Positions 1 through 11,100 of a stretch of DNA of 64,000 nt are shown here, one piece after another. A program made the position numbers and the translations under genes. Under the pieces are notes generated by a model. That model made no database searches. It was not told the origin of the DNA and worked only from the letters and a program-made list of their open reading frames with translations. Source of the DNA: Hyphochytrium catenoides (lineage: Eukaryota > Protista > Hyphochytriomycota); contig FLMG01004130.1 of assembly GCA_900088475.1 (NCBI GenBank), positions 1 to 64,000 on the forward strand. Reading direction: 5' to 3'. The stretch's first letter is position 1; the number at the start of each line of letters is the position of its first letter.

Positions 1-1016
1 GACGCGCGAAGTGAACTTGCAATGTGAAAAGGTGACACTCTCTCGGCCTGCTCTTTAACAAAAGTGGCAACGACCCCGCCTAGCGTTTCCATCTTTCCTC
101 CAGATAGGCCATTGTTCTGCCACAATATCCTACTCTAGTTGACACGATCCTCCCTGTTCGCTTTACATTCCCAGGCTGGAGTGCTCATGGTTGACGCCCC
201 AGTGTCGGGCGGAGTGAAAGGAGCGGCCGAGGGCACATTAACTTTTATGGTTGGAGGCTCTGAAGAGGCCTTCCAGCGGGCTAAACCCTACCTTTCTAGC
301 ATGGGCAAGAAGATTGTGCATTGTGGCGGTGCAGGCAAGGAGCGATTTGGTTGCTAGGAGACTTTACCTCTGCTCCTAACCCTTACGCTATTTGGCGCCT
401 CAGGCACTGGGGAAGTAGCTAAACTCTGCAACAACCTCGCCCTTGGTATACAAATGATTGGGATCAGTGAAGCTATGAACCTGGGCAACAAGCTTGGCAT
501 AGATCCACATGTTCTTGCAAGGTATGAGGGGTGACGTGGCGGGAGGAAGATGTTCCTATGTTCAGTTTACGCACGTGTGCCTATGAAAGACAGTGTGCCT
601 GAAAGACGCTGGCGACTCTATACTAAGCATCATTCGCTTCTCTCGCTTTTCCCTTTCCGCTCCAGCATCATGTCCAGCTCGACAGCGGGGTGCTGGAGCT
701 GTAATGTGTAAGAACTCAGGAACTTGGGTCATTAATGTTTGTGAACCTCATGCGATCCTGCTTCCTCAGAAACAATCCTCATCCAGGAGTGATAGAGACC
801 GCCCCAGCCACAAACGGCTACAAGGGCGGCTTTGGGACGGAGCTAATGACGAAGGATCTGGGGCTCGCTATTCAGGCAGGCAACACGGTTGATGCTCACT
901 TACCCTTGGGATCTAATGCCTTCCAACTTTTCGGTCTCTCTGCCGACCACGGGGGCCGAGGACGAGACTTCTCATCGGTATATGAGTTCCTCAGCAAGTC
1001 CAGTAGACGTACGTAA
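1..1016 (+). CDS. HIBADH: 3-hydroxyisobutyrate dehydrogenase, 5'-partial, multi-exon
   Basis: Exons ~1-31, 175-334, 404-521, 666-707 and 770-1016 splice in frame to ...MVDAPVSGGVKGAAEGTLTFMVGG...HCGGAGTGEVAKLCNNL...ISEAMNLG...SSTAGCWS...NNPHPGV...GYKGGFGTELMTKDLGLA...DFSSVYEFL. These are the classic beta-hydroxyacid dehydrogenase/HIBADH motifs. Intron 335-403 is GC-AG. Confidence 0.93.
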
Positions 1017-1199
1017 GGTAAAATGCGGAGCCAGTTAGTAGATAGAGCTCCGGAGCTTCACGACGATATAAGACCCTAGTACTAAGCTAAGAGCTCTCAC
1101 AACATATATCGACGAAGGCTCTTAGTAGAATGTATTCTTGATTCTGATTGACTCTAGAGTTTGAGAGAAGCAGCTGAACACCGATGATTACGGCCCATG

Positions 1200-2400
1200 C
1201 CCGACGGGGGAGTAGGGGGGTGTTCTGCTTCCTAGCTCCCTGTTCACATTATGGCGCCAGGCTAGCATAGCAGAGGACCCGCCGGACGGTTGCGGTTGTC
1301 TCTGTAGCTACTCGGTCCTGCTAAACCTCCACATAGTCTAGCTTATATTTTGCTTTATTGGCCACACTCAGCCTCAAGGTGTATCATCAGCCTCAGGTGA
1401 AGACCTGGTCTTAGTAGAAACTACCCTGACCATCGAGTACAATAAGCGCAGCCATCCAACCGTCATAGCGACATTCCTCTTTTCGAGCCGAGTAATACTT
1501 AAGCGACGTAATTGCGTACTTCTGCGTAAACAAGAGGCCGTTCAGGCTGGGAACGACCTTTCAAGGAAAGAATGAAGGCCGTTAGAACTGGCTTTCCGTG
1601 CTGTCTGCTGGCTCCAAGGTGACGAGATCGAGGGAAGGACCACATTAATGTTCTTGTGACCTTCAAGCAGGAAGCGTGACGATCTCTTCTCCTTCAATCA
1701 GCAAAGAGATCAACTATTCTTCCAAGTTATCTGGTCGCATTATTTCGTGCTAAGTAGAGAATAGATATCTAGCATGTTGCCACTGACTGCTCTTCTAGGA
1801 AACAGGAAAGTGCAGGCCCTCGTGTAGCAGTTACTCTTATTCTTACTATCTGGCCCGGAAGTACAAGGCGACAACGCCTCAAGGAGCCCTACAGGTAGAG
1901 GCTAGGAGGAAGCAACAGAAGAGCAAGGATTGGGTTGAGGTCCTAACCCGCGCTTGCCTTAAAGTATGAAAGAAATACGCCTATTAGACATGTAGAAGGT
2001 TGGAGAAGCACCAGCAGCAGGCTGCACGCATACAATGGAGATGGTAACGAGGCGAAGGACGACTCTCTTTGCGGTTGTCATAAGACCTGAATGGGACTAA
2101 TTTTCCCAAAATACTTCCGCCACTGATGTCTATAGGTTCTATCTCGGCAGCTCATTTCCTCTTTACCCTGGCAAAGAGATCAGGAAAAAAGAGTCAGGTA
2201 TGTCCGGGGAGCTAGAAATGGCGGTAGGGCTTGAGGTACAGTTCCTTACTTTTACTGGGAGACAGAAGGACCAAGACAGGAAGGGGCGCGAGGAATCGCT
2301 AATTATAAACGGCAGACCAGTTCTAGCGATCCTCAATAACGCAATGAGAATAACCTCTAGAACTACCTCCCAGTACCCATCCTGCTAGTGACCAAGAAAT
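1200..2400 (+). mobile_element. Decayed Ty3/gypsy-like gag-protease relic
   Basis: LIINGRPVLAILNNA (~2299-2343) resembles a retropepsin 'INGRPVxALLDSGA' motif with the catalytic Asp lost. There is a possible decayed zinc knuckle at ~1982-2014 (TAT TAG ACA TGT AGA AGG TTG...CAC) and a purine tract followed by TG at ~1206-1225. No long ORF. Confidence 0.45.
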
Positions 2401-2865
2401 TTAAATAACGACTTGCATGTTCCCGAGAACATGGTATACGTAATAATATTAAGGCAGCTGCTGCCATCGTATGAAGTGCGAAGCGGTAAGCTTTGCCCGT
2501 TTTCGAAGTGAAAGTAGCATCTGCTAACGTTGGCGTTTGGTGGGAAATCACTCTTTCTTATAGAGAAGGAAACTCTCACGTCGTGTGTCTTCGGGGTTTG
2601 CCATTGTTCAACTCTTGTCGACCGTCCTAGCATCGCCGAGGGATGATCTTCGTATTAAGAGAGACATGGTAGTTCTACATGTCAAGGTATCAATGATAAG
2701 GTGTTTGGTGTATGGTACCAGAACCTCTGCTGTTTATCTTTCCCTCTTCTCTTTCTCCCTGTTTGCTCTTTCCTGCACTGTCGTTGTCTTCTAATCGTCA
2801 ACATGGTCCATTTGGGGCTGTCTTTCTCTCTCTCTCTCTCTTTGTCTCTACCCTATGTGTTCTCT

Positions 2866-2902
<37 letters not shown>

Positions 2903-3059
2903 NNNNNNNNNNNNNNNNNNNNNNNNNNNNNNNNNNNNNNNNNNNNNNNTAACAGACTAATCCTATAATCCTATAAGAAGAAGAAAGAGAAAAAGAAGAA
3001 GAGAAAGAAGAAGAGAAGAAAAGCTAAGAAGCCTTAGGCTCTTCCAGGCTCTTTTTTTT

Positions 3060-4400
3060 CTGTCACAACTCTTCTTTCAACCTACTTACTTGCCTCTACA
3101 GTTCCAGCAAACGGAGACAGCGATAAAACAGTAGTGTGATCCCTAGGGATTACCAGTAGTCCTAGTTTCTACAAGCAACCAACGGTACAGGATAAACGAG
3201 GAAGAGAGTGGAGGCGAGGTCACCGCTTCTTCCGCAGAGCCTTCCACCCTAATAACCTAGCGGACGCTTCTGAGCCTTCCAATAGTCAATCCAAGAGAAC
3301 AGCTCCTGGTAGAAACCTTGCACTCCCACATCACTTTCTGTCCCTTCTTATTCCTCCTCTCTTGCCTACCGTGTACCATGGTCAGAGTACTTTTGTGCCA
3401 ACTCTAGGCAAAGGCTTAGGCTAAGAGTCATCGGTAGTTCTATGGAATGGAAGAATGGCAATACTGCTCCTTCAACTAAATTGTCTACATTGAACTCACA
3501 GAGCACTAGAACTACTCTTATTATCCCTCGTTTTCCTCACGTGGCGTTGCTTTCCCCTCTCTCAAGACTCCACAAGCACAGCTCAAGTGCATTTCTAGAT
3601 AGATAGATTTTCACTAGAGACTCTACTACCCTTGTACTCTTGGAGAAGTAGCAGCGGCAAGGTACCAGACTTATAATTAGCAAGGCGGCAACTTCGGACG
3701 CCCCTGGTCGGACAGAGGGTGTTCTAGGAACTTCAGAAGGAATAGAACGTGGCCCAATAGAACCACTGCTTCTTCATGAGCTGTACAGTGGAATAACCGT
3801 AATGCCGCTCAAGGTGAGAAGAAGGCGAGGTTTGTCATCCCTACAAGTGGATAGTTTCTATAGTGCTCGTACTCCGTACTCTGGTCTTCTATAGCCTATG
3901 GATAGAACCTTCTGCGCTCCGTCTCGTTATCTTTGGGGCTTAGGGTGAGCTAACGAACACGTGAAAAGGAGTAGGTATAAGAATATCGAGAGAGACGGGC
4001 ACCTGAAAGATCTATGATGCTGTAGACGGACCGCCAGCATCCAGGTACCCGGTCCGCCTGTCGCCGTCGATACGGCTTCCTCCTGCAAGGAAATTGAAGA
4101 AGAGAACCTTGACCAACATACAGTCCGCTTCCCTGGTCTTCCATCAAATAAGACTGGCAGAAGCCTTTTCTTCTCAATCAAATATTTACCTTAACACTTG
4201 TAAGCTACCGATCTGCTGGAACTATACAAGGCACAGAGCCAGAAATTCTGATGACATCAGCAAGAAGTTGTCATGGTTATATATGTCCTATCTCCGATCC
4301 GTGCAACAATGAAGTCTGAGTGGCCTCCCACATTATGGAACTCTGATCACGAGCGAGGTCTTCTGTATTAGGCTCTGTGGACTGAGTAGACGCCACGTTG
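3060..4400 (-). mobile_element. Decayed non-LTR (LINE-like) ORF2 relic
   Basis: Minus-strand fragments FD*EEKASASLI*WKT (like RT 'LDxEKAFDxV..FLW.TL'), WECK (like zf-RVT 'HLFWEC') and IAVSVCWNCRG (like C-terminal 'IWxxRN'), ending near an A-run at ~3052-3059. Stop-riddled and TAG/CTA-rich. Confidence 0.35.
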
Positions 4401-4863
4401 AGAACTGGAAGTAACCAACGCCTTTCGGGAGCCGTGTTTGTCCTTCAATATTTCATCAACAACAAAGCGCTATGGAAGGAACGCGCTAGCCGGTTCCAAG
4501 GTTTATCCATTCTTCTCCAGGGTAAGCATTATAAAATCCTGTTTCTGCTTCTCTTGCTTGAGACTTTGCGCCCCCTCGGCTCAGCGCACCCTCATTAGCT
4601 TGAGGCGCGCCAGCTCGCCATATTGCAGATTGCAGCTTCAGCTACATCTTGAGGCAGGCGCTAAGCCCCTTAACCCTTGACCGCAGGGGTCCTAGTTTGC
4701 GTCACTTGAGAGCTGACAAAGGTCTGAGGACTTCGCTCTGCTATCTCGAGCCGCCCCTTCTGACTCTCTTCGATATATAGCAGGCGGGGAGCAGTCTCGG
4801 ACAAGATTTTTGTTCAACATCCTCTTCTTCTCCCAATAGCTCAATATCTGTTCGCTGGACTTG

Positions 4864-6243
4864 ATGTCGCGCTCGCTTTTCCCACGGTGCTGCTGGGCTT
4901 TGGTGCTTATAGCTGCCACGCTTGGGCTCACCTTCGCAGCTAGGACAACAGAAGATGAGTTTAGCGGATGGCAGTCGGCTGTGGACCTAGGAGAGATAGA
5001 GAGTGAACATGCGACAGTAGATGAGATGCTTCACGAAGCGCAGGAGTTAGCACACAGGAGATACAGACGATTAGAAGAGGGCAGCAGTTCGGTGTCCAAC
5101 GGATTCCTCTATCTCATGAAGGTAACAGACCCGAAGACAAATGCCACGAGCTATAAGGTCATGTTGCTTGAGGACAAGAACGGTGATAAAGTCCCTGATC
5201 AACCGTCACCCCAAACACGTTCTCCAGTCGCAAACATGACCAGCAGCACGAGTATCGAGGAGGCACAAGTTCATTTGGCACCCGGTACACCTCTTCCAGT
5301 GGCCAACATAACAAGCAACAACACAGCGCCGTCGAAGGAAGGTGGACCGACCACTGCGCCTCCAACAAATAGCACCCCTCCCCCTCCAGCTGTCCCCTGC
5401 ATGAAGCGCAGCCATGGTCGAGGGATAGGAACCATCCCAACTAGGTGCAACGAAGGCGAAGAAAGAGCTGGGCTGCTGTGCTACAAGAAGTGTCCGGAGA
5501 ACTACACGAGAGTCGGCTGCTGCTGGTGCAGAAGGAATGTTCAGTGTCCCGACGGCTATAAGGACCATGGCGCCACTTGTATGAAGCCGACGGTTAAAGG
5601 TAGAGGAGCTGGCTATCCATGGAAGTTCGGTGACAAGCCATTTAACTTTGACGCCGCTAAAGAGCGCTGCGAGAAGGATCACGGCACATGCGAAAAATGG
5701 GGCCTTATTTACTATCCCCAATGTAAGGCCGGATATGCCCCTAAAGGCTGCTGCCTCTGCGAGCCCACCTGCCCTGAACATACAAAGGACAGAGGCGTTT
5801 TCTGCGAGAAGGAATATCAAGGCGGTGGCGCCCCATTAGGTGGCGTCAGTGGCTGCGATGAAGGCAGACAGAACGAAGCTGGTCTCTGTTATAAGAAATG
5901 CCGGACGGGGTACACTGGACTTGCCACCATTTGTTGGCAACAATGCCCTGCCTATGCGCCGCATTCTTGCGGGGCTATCTGCACTGCTGACAAATTTCAA
6001 TGTGGGAAATTGACTGGAGGCTTTGTTGGTACGATTATTGGTGGAGCACTGCTCGGAGTGGGCGGCGCTGGTGTCGTTGGGGCGGTGAGCGCTGTCATGG
6101 CTGCCAAGACTGCAACGGCTGCAGCGGCTCTTTCATCATGGCTCGCCGCAGGAGCTGCTGTGTCAGGAGCGGCTAGCGGCGCTATCAGTACGGCCNNNNN
6201 NNNNNNNNNNNNNNNTTCCCTCACGGTGGGTGATGCGTTCTAG
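4864..6243 (+). CDS. Secreted/surface cysteine-repeat protein with Gly/Ala-rich hydrophobic C-terminus (3' end interrupted by an N gap)
   Basis: Intronless ORF of ~460 codons with a signal peptide (CCWALVLIAATLGLTFA), RRYRRL propeptide-like site and Pro/Thr/N-glycosylation linker. It has repeated GRGxG...C...GLLCYKKC / AGLCYKKC / YPQCKAGY modules and a GxxxG-rich hydrophobic tail. TATA-like GATATATAG at ~4772. The true stop is uncertain because of Ns at 6196-6215. Confidence 0.8.
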   Translation: MSRSLFPRCCWALVLIAATLGLTFAARTTEDEFSGWQSAVDLGEIESEHATVDEMLHEAQELAHRRYRRLEEGSSSVSNGFLYLMKVTDPKTNATSYKVMLLEDKNGDKVPDQPSPQTRSPVANMTSSTSIEEAQVHLAPGTPLPVANITSNNTAPSKEGGPTTAPPTNSTPPPPAVPCMKRSHGRGIGTIPTRCNEGEERAGLLCYKKCPENYTRVGCCWCRRNVQCPDGYKDHGATCMKPTVKGRGAGYPWKFGDKPFNFDAAKERCEKDHGTCEKWGLIYYPQCKAGYAPKGCCLCEPTCPEHTKDRGVFCEKEYQGGGAPLGGVSGCDEGRQNEAGLCYKKCRTGYTGLATICWQQCPAYAPHSCGAICTADKFQCGKLTGGFVGTIIGGALLGVGGAGVVGAVSAVMAAKTATAAAALSSWLAAGAAVSGAASGAISTAXXXXXXXSLTVGDAF

Positions 6244-8102
6244 AGAGGAGCCAGCGAAACGAGGATCTCCTCTTCATTTGTGTCTTGTTGTCCTGCTATC
6301 CTGTTAAGCAGCCTATTTCTTTTAGCAGCTACTCTATACTGGCCAAGTCCTTAACTGTAAATAGAAGAAGAGCTGCCTCACTTCTGAAGGCCAGTCAATT
6401 TATACTTTTTTGCTTATGGCTGTCTTGTGGGTGCGGAGGCCCTGAGTGAGGTTGCACTGACAGCGCGTCCTTGGGGAGTCTTAATCACCTACTTGCCCTG
6501 CCCATAAGGGAGGCAGTAGTGGTGGAATTGGGTCATCATGCGCTGGGCTAGGCTCTGTATGGGCGCCAGACTCCGCCTGGCCTCCCCGTACCTGGCATCA
6601 CTTTCTCTCCATCTATCACTTTTCTCGTCTATCGTCTAGTGTACATGTTATAAGTGTGAAGGCATTAGCGGACACGCTCGACTAAGCGGACCTGAGACTA
6701 GTATTCTCATTTCGCTTGTAGTGTAGCGAGGAGCGGTGGACATTTCCCACTTCTTGCCCCTCCGATCGATGACTTGTCTCTCGTCTCGCTCTGTTTCCTA
6801 TAGTAAGAGTCGCGTCGCGGTCTCACTATAGCCCGCCTTGCGGCAGGGGCTCCTGGGATGAGGGTGCAGCTTGTTTTGGTAGTCGCTGTGTCCAAATAAT
6901 AAGTAAGAGTACGACGTCGGCGGCTCAGACGCGACTGCCACCTCCTGAGCAAGGATTTTGCCAGGTCCACTTCATGCCATGAGGACAGGGCCGCGTCGTT
7001 CTAAGTCAAGCCATCCCGCGCAAACATTAACCCATGCATCCTGCCGGCCTTCAACCTTCTTGGTGCAAGAGGAAGAGCGAGCCTATTCGAGTGGCAGCAA
7101 GGTCCTTTCGGTACCTTTTTAGCCTGACATTGACGGTCAGTGATATATAAAGTTTTCAAAAGAACGTCCCTCTGAAGAGGCAATGCCTGACTCGAACGCC
7201 TGACTAGGTAGCGAGAGAGGGCTCCATTAGCAAAACACCTCCTCTTCTCAGTTGAGCGCTGCTGCCAGAGTTTGAAGGGCGATGTGGCTGGCACAGCGGC
7301 ATCAAGCTCCTGGGCTAAAGTTATCACGCAATACCTACCGCACCTTGACCCCGCAGCAGAAGACACAAAGTAACCCGCAGCTCACTGCTTGGGATGTCTG
7401 AATGTCTTTGCCTCCACTGGGTAGCGTCTCATCTGAATCCCATGCCACCCTTGTATCCTTGGGATGTCTGGATGAGTGACACTTCTTCAGTGGCGGGCCA
7501 TGAATTCGCTGCTGCAGCAGCAGAGCAGCCGCGCCGCCCAGAGCAGCCGCGAACACCTCGCCTCGCCTCCAACCGGGCTCCTGCTTGTGCTGTATCATAA
7601 CCTTTCTTATTATTTCAGACCTCCCCCCGGAATGGTCCTCATAGGATGAAGAACAATGGATGTCAGCGCTGCTCCGCGCCACGGGATGATGATGATGATG
7701 ATGGGATCGAAGGAAGTGATGGCTCTTCTGACCGCCACGGCCTCTATTGACCTAGTCTTCTTTAGGCAGAAGCTTTGTTCATAGACGGCCACTGATCACA
7801 CAGCAGACTGGCTCTTCTGTTTGCAACTCTAGTGTGACCTCGTGCCGGTGCTTCGTGGGCATTCGATACCATCGCGTGGCATGGCTCCCTGGGGTCCCAG
7901 ATACCTCGCTCCCTGTCAAAAGAGACCTAATGCATAGAGGAAAGGCGGACGCTGAGTCCTCTTAGTCACAGAAGCACACATTTCAGTCTCTGTGTAGAGC
8001 CCTTATTAGTGGAGACAGATACCATGTGGTCAACCGGCACAGCTCCGTCGCCAAAGCTGGTCCGAAAGCTTGTAAGGGAAACGCGTGGTAGCAGAGCATC
8101 AA

Positions 8103-11100
8103 ATGGCAGCCTCTCATCTCCTCCGAGCGCCGTCTTTACACCTCCGCAGTAAGCTCTTTCCTTTCGAGCTATTGCTAATCAATGCAGCAGCGACCCCTGA
8201 CTCCTATGTCCGAACAGGTACACGCGCATGCCAAAGACAGCCAACATAGCTGAGTCCACGGAATACTCTCGAAGAGCTCTGCAAATAGTCGTGTACAGCA
8301 TCGTCAACGCAGTGTTGGCCATACCAGTCAACTATGGCTTTGCCGGGATCATATACGGTCATCCCGTCTACCATCCATACCTTCCTGTCCTCTCCAAGCT
8401 CGTTCTGTGGTCCAGCATTGTCCATCAGGTCATTTCTGGGACGTTATACCTCCTTCGTGCAGACTAAGCTTACAATATCCGTAGATCTGCTTCTCTCTTC
8501 TCAGCTCATTGCCCTTTTCGATCGGACAAGTCCAGGACGCCGGGCTGATATTCCTCTCGCACATCGCGGGTACTGTCAGCCTGCACCTGACGCGAAAGGA
8601 TCGTCACGTCAGCGACGAGGCAGTGGTAGCGACAGCCGCTGTGTCCATCGCGATCGCCACGACGTCTTTAGGCGCTGTTCTAGTACTGATTGGGAAGTTT
8701 CGTCTAGCTTCCATCGTGTCCTATCTTCCGATGCCCGTGGTAGCAGGATACCTGGCCTTCATAGGTCAGCGGTCTCTCTTTCTTCTTGTCTGCCGAGATT
8801 GGGAAAGGATCCCTAAGACCCCTTTACACCTCTAAGCTTCCCTTAAATCTTCGTCCTAATGTGTGCCTCGACTGCGTTCTACTCTTTGTGTAGGTCAGTT
8901 CTGTTTGATGGCAGGGATAGAACAATCCTCGGGGGTGCAGTTCACGAATATAACAGAGCTGCCGGCGTTGTTCACTTGGAAAAGCTTGCTACTCTGCGCG
9001 CCAGCAGTCCTGGGCGGTGTCTTCCTGCTCTTGGTGGCGCAGAGGAGTAGTCACTTTGCTGCTCTACCAGGTACCTTGCGTCATTCCTATTTGCTCCGTA
9101 CTCCTCTCCATCTTCCGCCGCAGACGCTGGGCATTCTCTTTGCGTGTAGGCCCTGTGAGGGATGCTGCTCACTTGGTAACTTTTAACACCTGTCATCCCA
9201 CTGACAACCGGTTCCTTTCTGCAGGAGCGATTCTGGTCCTTCCCTTGTTGTTTTTCATTCTTCTAGGAGTGACCTCTACTTCTATAGAGGAAGCCCGAGA
9301 GTATGGCTGGGTCGGCAAGCTGACCCCTCTTTCTCAGAACTTCTTAGAGGTGGGAAGACAAAGCAAGAGCTTCTGGGGGCTAGAAACTCTCGTCCTTCTG
9401 TCTCTTTCCTCTTCCCTTCCCTTTTCTCTCAATCACCTGCATTTTCGCCCATAGTACCTTTACTCATCCCTCCTGATGCTGTGGCCCCATAGGTCTTCAG
9501 CGTCTTTCGCTTCGAGCTTGTAGAATGGAGCGTACTGCCATCTATTATTCTGACATGGATCGCCATGACCTGCGTAGTTAGCTTCTCTTCCTGTCTTGAC
9601 GTCACAGCGATTGAGATGGATATGGGCGATAGGCTAAAGATCAATCACGAGGTGAGAAAAGAGTCTTCCTTCTGAGCGGAAGAGTGCAGGAAAGAGCTTA
9701 ACAATGTCTAACCTTAGCTTCAAACGGTCGGTTGGTCGAACCTCGTCAGCGGTCTTTTGGGAGGCTACACAGGCAGCTACATCTTTTCTCAGACGGTAAG
9801 GATGCTACAGCAATGTCGAGGAGAAAGCAAAAGCGAAGCGGCTTGTCAAATGTAGAATCAATCTTCCTTAGAAGCATCGAGGGGGCGACTAAACTCTTCG
9901 CATTGTCCGTTTGATCTTTCTAATCCTGCATCACGCGTGTTAACCCCTTAGATCTTTACCTACCGGACCAAGACGAATACGCGGTGAGTCCCGGCAGACG
10001 GCAGCATACGATTCATTCTGTGCACATGAACGGTAGTGATTAGGACACTTCTGTCACGGTTGTGCCTAAAATGAGACTACTGAGACAGTGGAGACGGACC
10101 TTGTCCGGGAAGATTAGAACACCTCCATAGCAGTGATAAAGCATCTTAACTAGCAAGAGGGAAAACACGCACAGAGATAGAAAGAGAGAGGAGAACATGA
10201 CAGGGGGCCTTGCTTTGTGCATACAGAAAGAAGCCAGTATATTAGCAGCTGTAGGCTTGCGATTGACCTTCAATTTTGGTAGAACAATAGGCTGGCTGGT
10301 CGCGCTGCTGGAGGGAATCATCTTCGTGTGCCCAGTGGACATTATGGCTTATCTGCCTAAATTCTTCTTTGCGGCCACGCTGATTTTCATCGCCTACGAT
10401 CTCATGATTGAATGGCTCTACTCGGTTAGACTGAACTTATTGACCACTTCGTGGTTTCTTCCAAGTCGCTCCTCTATCTCATACCCTCATCTAACCGCAC
10501 GCTCAGATCTGTTTCTAATCATCCTTCCAGCCCACTTGCCTACCCTCTGTCGCTCTCGCTTTTTATACGTGCTCTCATGTGTCCTCCACGTAGTACTGAA
10601 AGACCGATCTAATTATACAGGTCTGGTGGCGCCTGCTACCCAGGGAGTACGTGGTCCTCCTTCTTACCTTCCTCTCCATCAACGTCCTTGGACTGCAGAG
10701 CGGCATCCTGCTTGGCATCGTTATTGCCGTTGTAAACTTCGTTATCGGTAAGTTATGGGAGACTTGCGAATGTGTCCTCTACCGTAGTCTTCACACAACA
10801 CAGCTGTCGTAAACTGGGCTCTAAGAGCTGTTCTAGTTTCACGCCTTGCCCAGACTCTTGATTGACTGCATGGCGTTTCTACTTCGCTTCTCCTGTGCAC
10901 TAGAAAAGCACCTCAAGCTCAATCTGAAGACCTAACTTGCCTCTCTAATCGATTAGTGTATGCCAGCATCCTCCCCGTACGCGTGGTCCACCGCGAGAGT
11001 AACGTAGTTAGGAGTTACGAGGACAACTCTATTCTCTCAGCGAACAGAGGGGCTATCCTCACCCTTGAGCTCTCAGGCTTCCTCTTCTTTGGTTCTTCGG

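Noticed and set aside
6250-8000. Short ORFs and a 12-bp direct repeat (ttgggatgtctg, ~7389 and ~7459)
   Set aside because: No recognisable protein or element structure; likely intergenic or relic DNA.
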